Origin: Callorhinchus milii
Lineage: Eukaryota
DNA length: 64,000 bases
Reading direction: 5' to 3'
Assembly: GCF_018977255.1 (NCBI RefSeq)
Contig: NW_024704742.1
Span: forward strand, 10,728,001-10,792,000
This document shows positions 50,880 to 63,799 of this stretch, one piece after another; positions within the stretch are counted from its first letter, which is position 1, and every line of letters starts with the position of its first letter. The notes under the pieces were generated by a model. It did no database searches and was not told where the DNA came from. It saw only the letters and a list, made by a program, of their open reading frames with translations. The position numbers and the translations under genes are program-made.

Positions 50880-51230
50880 ACCAGAATGATACCAGGGATG
50901 AGGGACTTCAGTTATGTGGAGAGACTAAAGAGGCTGGGATTATTCTCTTTAGAGCAGAGAAGGTTAAGGGGAGATTTAATAGAGTTATTCAAAATTATGA
51001 TGGGTTTTGATCAGTAAATATGGAGAAACTGTTTCCTCTGGCAGGTGGGTCATAACCAGAAGACATAGATTAAAGATAATTGGCAAAAGAACCAGAGAGG
51101 AGACAAGGAATTTCTTTTTACCTAGAGAGTTGTTATGATTATATTCTGCCTGAAAGGGTGGTGGAAGCAGACTTGATGGCAGCTTTCAAAAGGGGCTTGA
51201 AAAAGAAAACATACTTGAAAAGGAAAAACA
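50880..51230 (+). mobile_element. CR1 3' fragment
   Basis: TRMIPGMRDFSYVERLKRLGLFSLEQRRLRGDLIE. Confidence 0.9.
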
Positions 51231-51874
51231 TTTGGCTGAAATGATTATTTTTTTGCCATCAGTCGCATGTTAATTTCTTTTAATTTTGGAGTTCTGTTGA
51301 TGTATGTCCACCTTATTCCAGTGGTAAATCACTGGGTTTGGATTTATTTCCATGGTGAATCTGGATGTAATTATTTTCTCAATGTCAGATTTGGAACATA
51401 AGAATTTCAGGTGGATGAGAATCCAAATCCAAATACATTATGCTCAACTTCATCTTCATTCCAAATACACATCCTCAGTCCTTTTTGTAACATATCTTTG
51501 ATTGGAGTTACTGTTTTCCAGCCATATGGTCTAAGTTTGAGAGATGGCCTTGACTGACATTTGATTTTAGCAGGCTGTCGTTGAATGCATCCTGGTCTTT
51601 CTTGCCACAAATGCTTGGCTGCATGTTTGCAGTCCAACACCTCAAGAGGAAGAAAAATCGGCAGAACCCAGTATAAGTACACCTATTGTTAACTTCTCAT
51701 CAACCAATAGTTTCATGTTCTCATTGGCCTGCTCTCCCAATGAAGAATTATGGTACTGGTCAGATTTGGGAGCACACAGCCATGTGAAATGGAAAAATAT
51801 ATCATTAAAAAAAATCTAGATGGCCAAGAAAAAACACATCACAGTATGTGGATGTGCAATATAACAATAAGTAA

Positions 51875-52192
51875 TAATAATACTAACAATACTCCTTGCA
51901 TTTGATACAGTACTTTTCACATCTTCTAGATGTCTTAAAGCTCTTCACTGAATATACTGTAAAGTGAAATGATTGTATATTTGTGGGCAAAACGTGGCAG
52001 CCAATTGCACACAGCAGTGTCCCACAAACAGTCGTGGATTGAAGTGACCAATTTTGTTACTTTTTTCTTGGGGGATTATTAGCAGGCATGTGGAATAAGG
52101 AAACTTGCCCAAGGTTTCACCCTGCCGGGAATCGAACCCAGGTCTCTCGCTTGTGAGGCAAGTGCTTTAACCACTGAGCTACAGGACTCCAC
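51875..52192 (-). mobile_element. tRNA-Ala SINE short variant (left member of inverted pair)
   Basis: Full head-to-tail copy. Confidence 0.92.
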
Positions 52193-52223
52193 AATATCAA
52201 AATTGAATCTTTGTTGTTCATTT

Positions 52224-52513
52224 GTGGAGTCCTGTAGCTCAGTGGTAAGAGCACTCGCTTTGCAAGCGAGAGACCTGAGTTCAATTCCAGGCAGGGCGAA
52301 ACCTTGGGCAAGTTTCCTTACTCCACACGCCTAATAATAATCCCTCCAAAACAAAACAATAATAAAAAATTGGTCATTTTCAATCTATGACTGTTTGTGG
52401 ACATTGCTGTGCGCAATTGGCTGCCGCGTTTGCCCACAAATATGCAGTCAATTCACTTTACAGTGTGTTCTGTGAAGCGCTTTATCAAATGCAAGGATTA
52501 TTATTATTATTAT
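52224..52513 (+). mobile_element. tRNA-Ala SINE short variant (right member of inverted pair)
   Basis: Anticodon arm CTCGC-TTTGCAA-GCGAG; inner part of the 3' stem-loop deleted. Confidence 0.92.
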
Positions 52514-53769
52514 TTTATTTGAATTGTAACAAACAAACTTTGTTAGAAAATCCCACAAGATTTCAATCCCTCATGTTTACTGTTGGATACTAATTAATAA
52601 TAAGGACCAATTGACTAGGATCAATGGAAGGAGATCAGGAGGGAGAGAAAAGCAGGAAGCAGAGAGAACTGAGTTGAGGGTGTTGGGTGTGATTGTTGGA
52701 TTGTGTAACTGGAGACCTAAAATAAAAGAATGTTCTACACATTGATTGTTGAGAATGTAACAGTTTACTTGAAAGTGCCAGATAGTTAATCTACTAACTT
52801 TCTCAGAAAAAGAAACACTTGTCAAAATGTTTTGACATGGAAGCACAGCCAAAGATATTCATTAGACCATCATCTTCAAAACCAAATTAGGCAACAAAAG
52901 ATTAAAGGTGAGTGTAAACTAGAACATAGTTTACTACAGCACTAATTAAATGTTACTATATTAATGGAGTCAATGAATGATGCAATTAATTCATCTGATT
53001 TGCAGCCTTGTAGTTCATTTGAAATAATGGTCTTGCGCTTTGTTGTATATCATGTTCTTTGAAGTTTTGAGCACCCATTAAAAACAGACAGTAATCGGTC
53101 TGATCCTCAGTGGAATCATAGATTTTCATAAAAAATAAAGATTTGTGCAAGAGACGTGTGCAGTCGAGATACTGTACAGAGAACTATCCAGTAAATCATA
53201 GTAGCCTCAGGGGTTTGAGGGTTTGGAATTTATATTATTTGGGATTTCTGGCTTCCTGCATACATGTACTATTAACATTTTGAGCTCTGTAGCCACCTTA
53301 CAAAGATACAAAGAACTTGTCTGATCAACAAGACTTGTTGACAAATAATAATAATAAATTGGTCACATCAATCCACGATTGTTTGTGGGACAGTGCTGTG
53401 TGCAATTGGCTGCTGCGTTTCGCCCACAAAAGTACAGTCAATTCACATAACAGTATATTCTGTGAAGCGTTTTGAGATGTCGTGAAGACGTGATAAGGTA
53501 CAAAATCAAATGAAAGGATTATTATTATTGTAAAGTGTCCCAAGATTTTAACAGATAATGTGAATGAATCTCCAATTGTAAATTCTAGTTGACATGTTAG
53601 GGCAATATGGTGCCTTTGGATTTCATTGTTTAATTTTTTTAAAATGGAAATACAGTATGGAACTCAAGTTTCAAGTTTACTTGAAAGGCTCATAAATTAA
53701 AATAGAATGGAGCTAAGCTTTCATAACGTGTTTTGGTTCACCGAGTGTTATAGGCTGAATGCCTTGCTA

Positions 53770-53841
53770 CAACAACAACAACAACAACAAGATTCCATTT
53801 ATAGAGCGCCTTTCACGTCGGGAGGACGTCCCAAGGCGCTG
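53770..53841 (-). mobile_element. 72-nt L2 3'-end micro-insertion with 6-bp TSD TTGCTA
   Basis: TSD at 53764-53769 and 53842-53847; insert is the complete stem-loop plus tail. Confidence 0.9.
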
Positions 53842-54379
53842 TTGCTAATCTGTATCACACATTAGTGAAAGAAAACCTCTGTCTCCTTTCATTAGAATTT
53901 TTTGAGTCAAAATAGTCCTACTTGCTAAGGCTGTAGGCATTGTAGGAATTGAGGCAGAAAGTTCCAGGGGAACAGTGTCTGAAAGCGTAGCCACCGATGA
54001 TGGAGCAGAGGAGTGCAGTTGGCTTGAACCTTTGAGCAAGTGGGCTGGGTAGAGGAGTGGGGTGTGAGCAAGTTGATGAGGTAAGGAGGTGCTTGGGCAT
54101 GAAGTGAAGTGATTTGTAGGTGGGTCATTTTGGGACTCGAAATGACCATTAGGTTCAAGAAGCCTGACACTGGCAATTTCCATTAGCTCAAACAGCTTAT
54201 CCAACTACTTGGAGATGGGCACATATGAAATGTGCAGTCTGTACCAAGGCGTTACCATTGACATCTGATCTCTCAAATCAAATTTCCGAACCATGTGCCC
54301 TTCTCAACATCTTCAGCAATTTATTGCTGAATACTACTTCACAGGGAAGGTAAGTGGAGCCTCCTTAATAATAACAGTA

Positions 54380-54750
54380 GTAGTAATAATAATAATATTA
54401 CATTTCATACAGTGCCTTTCATGTCAGGAGGACATTTCTAAGCATTTCACAGGATTGATTGTAAAGTGGTGACTGTGTTTTGTGAGTGAATGCAGCAGCC
54501 AATTTTCATGCAGCAATGTCCCACAAATGCCCATGAAGGGAATGACCAATTTTATTTGAGTGATTGCCAGCCAGGAGACTGATAGAGAGAAACTTCCTTC
54601 TCTTTTTGAATACTGCCATGAAAAATATGTAACATCCACCTGTGCCAGGCTGCTGGAGCCTTAGTTTAACATCTCATTCGAAGGACAACACCTCCGACGA
54701 TGCAGTTGGTATAGTGCATTGGAATGACAGCATAAACTATATGAGTGCCA
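54380..54750 (-). mobile_element. SacSINE1/Deu-like SINE
   Basis: Minus-strand GTCGGAGGTGTTGTCCTTCGAATGAGATGTTAAAC block and tail. Confidence 0.75.
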
Positions 54751-55259
54751 AGTCCTAATAACAATAATAATAAATTGGTCACTCAATCCACGACTCTTTG
54801 TGGGACACTGCTGTGCGCAATTAGCTGCCACATTTTGCCCCCCAAAATTGGTATATTCTGTGAAGCGCTTTGAGACATCCCAAAGATGTGATGAGGTGCT
54901 ATATCAACATGTAAAGATTATTATCTACTTAGTACTCACTTGACTCTAAGGCGACGTGCTTAACAATGGAATATAGGATCTTCTTTGTCAGTCTCTGCAG
55001 TCTTCATGGGTCCACACTTCATAGCACGGCTTATGACAGATCAGCTAGTCTGGCTCATCAGCATGACATAGAGGGGCAGAACAAACAATAGGAGTAGGGA
55101 TTCTTCCAAGTTAGCTCCTGTTAAAACTGCAAACCAAAGACATAGCAGATGGGTGGGCAAGAAATCCAAACAGTACTCTCAATGGCAAGTTATGTGGGTT
55201 TAGCTGGTTAAACCCCAGCACTATTCCAACACTTGTGTACCCAAACCTTGGCTCTTGCT

Positions 55260-55585
55260 TAATAATATTAATATTCCTTACATTTGATATAGTGCGTTAT
55301 CATGTCATTAGATGTCTCAAAGCACATCACAGAATATACTGTAAAGTGAATTGACTGTATATTTTGTGGGCAAAACACATCAGCAAATTGCGCACAAAAA
55401 ATAGGGATGATTACCCTCAGAAAGCGATCTGCCAATCGAATAACAACCGGGTTCCTACTTACTGCTAGGTAAACAGAGGCATGTGGAGTATGGGAGCTTG
55501 CCTCAGGTTTTACCCTGCCTGGGAACTGAACCCAGTTTCTCTCGCTTGCGAGGCAAGCGCACTAACTACCACACTAAGGGATTCC
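55260..55585 (-). mobile_element. tRNA-Ala SINE long variant
   Basis: Head, long module and tail. Confidence 0.85.
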
Positions 55586-56329
55586 ATTCTCCAGAATTAG
55601 GTAACCAGCAATTGTCCCTCCAGGGAGAGTTCCAGATGCAGGAAAATTTCCGTGTGTGGGTGGCATTCATATGTGGAACTCTGTCTGATTTGGAGCCTCT
55701 TAAGCTTTCCAATGGTTTCTACGTGTGTCAGATGCCCAACTGACCAAAACAAAATCCCTGCTGTATTAATGATAACAGTTAAAGGGTCTTTCTTCCTTGT
55801 TAGCCAACCAGATAGAAAGAGATGACGGATATTGCTTCCAGTGAAGACCACACTATCTCAGCTGTGAATGCAGCCAAGCGCGAAAATGCACTGAATTGCA
55901 TTGTATGCTATCCACCTGATCTGTTGCTATTCTGTGGCAAGCAAAAAAAGCCAGACTATTCAATCGACTCTTCAGTTCCGGGTCAGATATCACTTTTATA
56001 CTTTGGTAACCCCGTATTCTAATATTTAATGAGGGTTTTATTACTTCTATGATCAGGAAGAAAAACAAACCATTCTATTTCAATGCTATGATTATGCCAG
56101 TGTGATCTTCCATGTGTCTTCTGTAGTATTCAGAGGTGTAAAGCTACGATTGCTTTTGTGATGCGAAAGTGCTTAATTCTGACGTCTTCTCATTCTGAGT
56201 CATGGTACATTATTATTGAAAATGTATTACAGAAGCATTGCGTTTTGAATGCTTTGAAGGGTGAGGACGAAATCCTTGCAGAAGAGTTTCAAATTGTCAA
56301 AGTACAATAGTGTCCGATCCAACCCTTAA

Positions 56330-56588
56330 CAATAGTAATAATAATAATCCTTGCATTTGATATAGCGCTCTTCACATCTTCTAGACATCTCAAAGCGCTT
56401 CACAGAATATACTGTAAAACAGTCGCGGATTGAAAATGACGAATTTATTATTGTTTTGTTTTTTGGAAGGATTATTATCAGGCGTGTGGAGTAAGGAAAC
56501 TTGCCCAAGGTTTCGCCCTGCCGGGAATTGAACCCAGGTGTCTCGCTTGCAAGGCGAGTGCTCTAACCACTGAGCTACAGGACTCCAC
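56330..56588 (-). mobile_element. tRNA-Ala SINE short variant with internal deletion
   Basis: Well-preserved head; part of the body missing. Confidence 0.9.
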
Positions 56589-57053
56589 AATCAGCAACAA
56601 GATGGTCTGAACAAATAATTAGGTTTTGATTCATGATTTATCGCCTCAGAAATGTGTTGCTCTTCCATTTAAATCATTTTTGCAAAAGATTATATTGCTT
56701 GGTGGGGGGTGAGTGTTGTGGGGGAGAAATCACTTTACTTCTAGTGCATGGGATTGATGGGATGTCGTTTAAAAAAAATATAGTAATTGAATTCTCCACT
56801 GCTTTATATTAAATTGATTAACTTGGAATTGTGGAGCAAGTCTTTTGTTAAATGAGCGAGCGTCGGGAATTTGATTATTCAGGCAATGAAGGTTACTTCC
56901 AGGTGTTCAAAAACAACAGTCAAAGTTTACCAAGGTTCTTCTTTATTTTACAGAATAGACCACTGTGTAGTTCCTCCACTAGATCTCCTCCTCCCCCTTT
57001 TCATGAGGTCCATTTATATTGAATAGATTCCCTTGCCAAAGACTCAGTCCCAT

Positions 57054-57372
57054 TATAATAATAATCCTTTGAGACATCTTCGAGACATTTCAAAGCACTT
57101 CACAGAATATATTGTAAAGTGAATTGACTGTTTTTTGTGTGGGTGAAACGCGGCAGCCCACAGCACACAGCACTTTCATGGATTGAGTGTTTATTTTTTT
57201 TAAGGAATTATTACTCTCGGAGAAGCGATCCAGCAATTGACTAACAACCAGGTTCCTACTTACTGCTAGGTAAACAGAGGCGTGTGTAATAAGGAAACTT
57301 GCCCAACATTTCGCCCTGCCAGGTATCTCGCTTGCGAGGTGAATGTTCTAACCACTGAACTACAGGACTCCA
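57054..57372 (-). mobile_element. tRNA-Ala SINE long variant
   Basis: GGTTCCTACTTACTGCTAGGTAAACAGAGG module. Confidence 0.85.
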
Positions 57373-57422
57373 TGTACATAACATCTCTTCATATATGTGT
57401 TGTTTAAGGCTCCCTGTGGTTC

Positions 57423-58075
57423 AATAACAACTTGCACTTTTATAGCGTCCTCCATGCAGTGTAGCATCTCAGAGCGCTTATCAGTGGCAGAGCCTGACTC
57501 TGAGCCGGGGGGGTGGGTGGGGGTGAGGGGAGAAGGTGTCTGTAAAGCGGAGGGATTGAGGGAGAATGTACCAGAGTTTCAGGGCATAGTGGCTGAAAAC
57601 GCGACCTCCGATGTTGGGGCGGAGGGTATGAGGGATGAGCAGGAGGACGATCCCAGTCGAGCGGAGACGTCAGATGGTGGATTGGGGAGTGAGGAGGTCA
57701 GAGAGGTAGGGAGGTGCCAGAGAGTGAAGGGATTTGAACACGAGTGTGAGGATCTTGAAGTTGTTCCATTTGTTGATGGAGACCCAGTGGAGCCTGGCCA
57801 GAACTGGTGAGATGTGGGTACGAAGCTTGGTCCGGGTCAGTATGTGGGCGGTAGGGTACTTAATGAGCTGGATCTTTTGAATAGTGGAGCTGGGGAGACC
57901 GGTGAGGAGTGCATTTGAGTAATCCAGGTGGCAGATGATAGGAGGATTTTGGCTGCATTTGGAGTAAGGTACAGTCGGAGGCGGGCAATGTGGTGGAGGT
58001 GGAATAAGATGGTCCTGGTCAGGGAACGCATGTGGGGGAAGAAGGACAGATGGGGATCGAACCGGACGCCAAGAT
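57423..58075 (-). mobile_element. L2 3' portion (second family)
   Basis: HLHHIARLRLYLTPNAAKIL peptide; stem-loop tail. Confidence 0.85.
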
Positions 58076-59229
58076 TGGATGAAGAAGGCTCAATCTAACC
58101 CTAAGACTATGTCCACATATGTGTATTTTCCAAGCCTAAGGATGGCAATTAGTAATAGGAGTAGCCTGATTTGTGTTCTCTTACCTTGCCTGGACATTGA
58201 AGCTATTTGTACCACATCTACTGCATCCCCAACTGAGATCTATTTAACGCAACATAGCCTGCATACCTTCCTGCCAACATAAATTCCAAATGGTGGTGTA
58301 TTTACCAACCAAGCCAATGGAGAGTAAATTGCTTTAAATTCCATTAGTTTGGTAGATTAGTTGAGCAGATTGTTGTAATAAAAGACAAACACCTTGCAAA
58401 GAAAGACATTGTCCTATTTGGTCTGTAATTCATTAAAATGCATAATCTCACTGCAAATATTTCATACAATTAATTCAACGGATGGAGCAAATTCACAAGT
58501 GCAGATAGAAAATAGATTTAATTTCCAATTTATGGTATGTTTGCATTGCAGTCATTGTTGCTTATGAATTATCTGGCCTGCTTCATTTATGGAAAGAAAA
58601 TAACTCATCTTGCAGCTGGTAATGGTTTAACCTGTGCACCACCTTTTAAAATGGAAAATGTTACCTGTGTATATGAAAGATTGGTGTTACTTGCATACAT
58701 TTTAATGACTTAGGACATCCCATTTAACACTTAATTTAAACTTTAAGTGACAAATGATTTATTTTTATTCAATTTAATTATTCATTTACCAGTAGAGGAC
58801 ACAAATGATTGTAGTGGGCTCCACAAATAAACTTTGTCACAGCCAAAGTGCTAATGATTTCCATCCAATGTAATGAATCAAAATGGTAGCAAGTTCTGGT
58901 GACACCTAAAGGCACAAAATGCCTTTCTTACTTCTCCTGCAATGGTGTCAGACAGATGTTGTGGATGAGCACAATGCAGATCACAAATCTGAACCACGAT
59001 CCCGAGCTAGCTCCAAGACAATGGTATAAACTCAACTAATTTGTAACCTTTGGCATTCAATTATCTTTATTGACAAAAGTGGGAGGCAGTGAGATAACTC
59101 TCCATTAAGCCTTTCCAAGCTGTTTTTTTGTGTATCGTTTGTTTATAGTTGGTTCACTTCAATTGTAAACTATTCCATCTAGTTGTTTTCAGATGTATTA
59201 AAATATAGTTGAGTAAAGTACAATCATCA

Positions 59230-59532
59230 AGGCGAAATGTTGGCCAAGTTCCTTACTCCACGCCTCTCTTTTTACCAAGTAGTAAGTAGGAACCCAGTTG
59301 TTAGTCGATTAGCAGATTGCTTTTCTGGGGGTTTAATTCCTTAAATTAAATAATAATAAATTGGTCACTTCAATCCATGACTGTTTGAGGGACACTGCTT
59401 TGTGCAATTGGCTGCCACGTTTCGCCCACAAAATATACAGTCGATTCACTTTGCAGTTTATTTCCTGAAGAGCTTTGAGACAACTGGAAGATGTGATAAG
59501 GCTCTATATCAAATACAAGGATTATTATTATC
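59230..59532 (+). mobile_element. tRNA-Ala SINE long variant, head missing
   Basis: Long module plus body and tail. Confidence 0.8.
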
Positions 59533-60046
59533 ATCACGTATAGCTAGTCTCGGACAGGCTTATCACATTTTTACCCCATTCAGAAAATGTAAAGTAACAA
59601 TTTATTTTTAAAGGGTAATTCTGCTCAATTTTCTATTTTAATCTTGCAGGTCAGAGTTTAGTTCTTGCAATTGTTTGTTCATTTCCTAATATGTTTCAAA
59701 GAAATCATTTCACTATTTTTTAAAAAATGTATTTGCCACTGGGCAAGTTTAGTTTGAATGCCTGAGAAATGAAACTGAAGATTAGAGAAAGATTAAACAG
59801 AAACGGGTGGTAATATCAAAAAGAAACAAGCAAAAAAATACATAAATGAAGGAGAATCACAAAAAACAAATGAATATCAAAGAAATTTTGTTGAAACAGA
59901 AAGGCTTAAAAAAGTCAAAGTTCAACATGTCATTGAGACATCTCAAAGCGCTTCACAGAATATACTGTAAAGTATGTGTTTATTTTGCGGGTGAAACTTA
60001 GCAGGCAATTGCGCACAGAAGTGTTCCACAAACTGTCATGGATTGA

Positions 60047-61277
60047 ATGAAAGAGAGTCAGTGTGAATTTGTGAAGGATAGGTCGAATCTGACTAATCTA
60101 GTTGAATTTTTTGAGGAGGTCACTAAAATGGTGGATAAGAGAGTGTCTTTAGATGTTGTTTTTATGGACTTTCAGAAGACATTTGCTAAGGTTCCACACA
60201 AAAAATTATTAGTAAAAATGGAGGCAAATGGAGTTGGAGGCAGCCTTGTGATGTGGCTTGGTAATTGGGTTGGGAGGCAGGAAACGGTTAGAAGAATTGG
60301 CGAGATATGACAAGTGGTGTCTCCCAGGGGTCTGTACTGGGACTTCAGCTATTCGCCATATATATAAATAACTTAGATGAAGGAATAGAAAGTTTTGTAG
60401 ATGACTCTAAGCTAGGAGTCTCAATAAGTTATGTAGATGGCTTAGGAAGTTACAAAGGGACTTAGACAGATTAAGTGAATGGGCAAAGCTGTAGCAGATG
60501 GAGTTCAACGTAGGGAAGTGTGAGGTCATCCACTAAAGCAGAATATTTTCTTAATGGGGAGAAGAACTGTGGAGGAGCAAAGAGATTTGAGTATCCATGT
60601 CCACAAATCATTAAAAACTAGTTACCAGGTACAAGAAGTAATCAAAAAGGAGATGGAATGTTGGCCTTTCTCTCAAGGGGCCTGGAATACAAAGAAATTA
60701 TGCTTCAGCTGTATAGAGCGTTAGTCAGACCCATCTGGAGTACTGCATTCAGTTTTGCGCACCATACTTCAGGAAAGATATTTTGGCCCTGGAGGGGGTG
60801 CAGCACAGGTTCACCAGAATGTTACCAGTCCTAAAAGGGTTAAGTTACGAGGAAAGGCTGTGTAATATTGTATTTCCTTGAGTTTAGAAGGTTGAGGGGA
60901 GATTTGAGTGAGGTATGTAAGATGATAAAGGGATTCGATAGGTTAGATACAGAGAAGCTATTTCCTCCAGTGAGGGAATCCAAAATAAGAGAGCATAGTC
61001 TTAAAATTAGAACCAGGCTATTTAAAAGTAAATTCAGGAAGCATTTTTTCACTCAAACGGTGGTAGAAATCTGGAATTCTCTCCCCCAAAAGGCCATGGG
61101 TGTTGGATCCGTCCACATCTTCAAGAGTGAGATTGATAGATTTTTGGTAGATCAGGGGCTATGGGGAGAAAGCAGGAAATTGGAATTCAAAGGATTAGTT
61201 GAAGTACAGATCAGCCATTATCTAATTAAATGGTGGAACAGGCTCGAAGGGCTGAATGGCCTACAACTGTTCCTATG
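60047..61277 (+). mobile_element. CR1 LINE RT-to-3' fragment (decayed)
   Basis: SQCEFVKDRSNLTNLVEFFEEVT, DVVFMDFQKTFAKVPH, SGVSQGSVLG, FVDDSKLG, RRLRGDL, HFFTQ.VVEIWNSLPQ. Confidence 0.93.
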
Positions 61278-62684
61278 AATCACCCATTATTATTATTATT
61301 ATTTTTTTTGCAGGAATTATTACCCACTTGGTATTAAAGTCCAAAAGGCCCATCTTTATATCCCAATTGCCGCCATAGCTGTGAGGGAGGGAGGGAGAGT
61401 TGATATGTTTAGTGCAGTTTCTTGCGCGAGAAAAAAAGAATGCAAGAAGATGCATTGTTTCCTTTATTTTTTTAAATCTTCAATCTAGTTTGGCAACAAA
61501 ATATCACAGCGAAGGAGAGGGTCGAAGGGCGAGAGACGTTCAAAATATCAAAAATTATTCTCCATTTGCACTTCCACCCCCTTTGGCAAGACACTTATCA
61601 AAAATACCCTGGAGACCCTCAGCAGATGACGAGCAAATGTTTTGCTAATGGGTTCTTGGAAGCAAAAGAGCCCATTTAGTGCACAAAGCTTTTTAAAGTA
61701 AATTCCCTTTGGGAGTTTTGAAGACAGAAAGCCAGACATGCTTCTGCATCAAAAATACCCCCAACTACCTCGGTCTAATAGAAAGCAGAAGATGTGAAGT
61801 CTTTCACAGATTGTCATTTTTGTAGATGATGGCTTATTTTTTTCATTTCCGGTTGGTAGGCAGAGGTTGGAGAGGCTGTACGCCTGACCGCATTGTGGCA
61901 GCTGGGTCAAGCAATTGAAATGGATGAGATGAACAGTAAAAATGTTATCTCTGTCTCGTGCCTCTGTTTTTCCCACTAGATTCGCAGTTACAACCCCACT
62001 ATTGATTTGGCACGAATGCTGTTGCTGAGTCTGAGCCTGCTATGCTGCACATAATCTGTTGCATATTGCTTTCTGTTCGATCATACACCAGTTCTGTCGA
62101 GGCTACTATTGTAATGCGGTGTTCTGTGCAGTAATATATTTTGAAATATAAAGGTCCTCTTCCAACAAACATGACTTGAGCAGTCCATTTACCAGAAATG
62201 CTACAATTAGTGATGCTAAATTAAACATAGCCTTGTTGAAAAGATCCATTTGGGTTGAAATTTTCCTTCCTGCTGTAGTTGCTTGTAACTTTTGATGTCT
62301 CAGTGTTGCTTTGGTTTCAACTTTAAAATTATAAGTTTATGGACGGAACACAGGGCTTACCCATGCAACTTGGGATGTCTTCCTGACCTGAAAGGTGCTG
62401 TACAAATGTAATTTGTTGTTGTGTGCCAGAGCGGTTATAATTGAACTTTAGCTCAAGATCCCGTCTACCTGTTCAGGTGGACATTAAAGATCCAGTGCCA
62501 TGATTCAAAAAGAGAAGGGAGTTTCTCTCTCTTAGTGTTCTTGGCTAACAATCCCCCAAATAAAACTGGGCACTCACTTCTTGGCTGTTTGTGGATATTG
62601 CTTTGTGCAAACTAGCTGCTGCGTTTCGCCCACAAAATATACAGTCAAACACTTGACAGTATATCCAGTATCCACTTGAGATAA

Positions 62685-63129
62685 AGCTCAGTGTAGCACT
62701 CGGCTCGCAAGCGAGAGACCTGGGTTTGATTCCCGGCAGGGTGAAACGTTGGGCAAGTTTCCTTACTCACATGCCTGATAATAAACCCTCAAGAAAAAAA
62801 AACTAAAAAAAAATTGGTCACTTCAATCCATGACTGTTTGTGGGACACTGCTGTGCACAATTGGCTGCCGGGTTTTGCCCACAAATATACAGTCAAATCA
62901 CTTTACAGTATATTCTGTGAAGCGCTTTGGGACGTCTAGAAGACGTGAAAAGCGCTATATCAAATGCAAGGATTATTATTATTATATTCTGTGAAGCGCT
63001 TTGGGACGTCTAGAAGACGTGAAAAGCGCTATATCAAATGCAAGGATTATTATTATTATATTCTGTGAAGCGCTTTGGGACGTCTCGAAGATGTGAAAAG
63101 TGCTGTATCAAATGCAAGGATTATTATTA
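62685..63129 (+). mobile_element. tRNA-Ala SINE short variant with triplicated 3' end
   Basis: Head from GCTCAGTG; 74-nt tail unit at 62911, 62985 and 63059. Confidence 0.92.
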
Positions 63130-63799
63130 CAAGGAGGAAAATTTATTACAAGGAGGCCCCTAGCAGAAGGCTTATTTCAGTTTCCAGTTGAAATTCACAG
63201 GAGAAGATAACCAAGTGCCAGATAACCGCCAACAGCAATACCCAGCCCACTGCTCTTTGATTTTTGAGCTGTATTTGTGATAGTTCTACTTTTAAAGAAT
63301 TGCATTTGAATTTCCATTGACCCACAAGAACCTCTTCTCCAGCTGTAGATCTTATCTGGGTAGAATTCCCATTGCATTCGGCTCATTGCACTTCTGATTG
63401 CTAGTAATAAATAATCGTTGCATTTGATGCAAAGCCTTTCACATTGAGAGGACATCTCAAAGTGTGGTGATTGTGTAAATTTTGTAGAAGAACATGGCAG
63501 CCAATTTGTACACAGCAATGTCCCACAAACAGCCATAAACTTAGTGAGACCCCGTGTAAGACTTGATTCCTTACTGAGGAATTCAATTAAAAAATATTAC
63601 AAATTCACCTCACTATGTTATGTCTTGCACTGCCTATTGTTTTTCAGTAACGTGCTGTATTTTTAATCAACTTATATTTCTCTCCGCATCTGAAGGTGCT
63701 GAAGTACTGTTCATAATATAGGCAGAATTTGTTTATAATCCATGCAAACAATCAACAATATTGGTTAAGCCTAGACAATGAGTGTTACAAATAACAAAT

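Noticed and set aside
51407..51682. Possible RTE-type LINE C-terminal remnant
   Set aside because: Similarity too faint to support without a profile search
52226..52298. tRNA-Ala(TGC) gene
   Set aside because: Runs directly into SINE body and tail with no oligo-T terminator; many diverged copies; it is a SINE head
62911..63129. CRISPR-like array of palindromic repeats
   Set aside because: No unique spacers; units are SINE tails; vertebrate context and no cas genes
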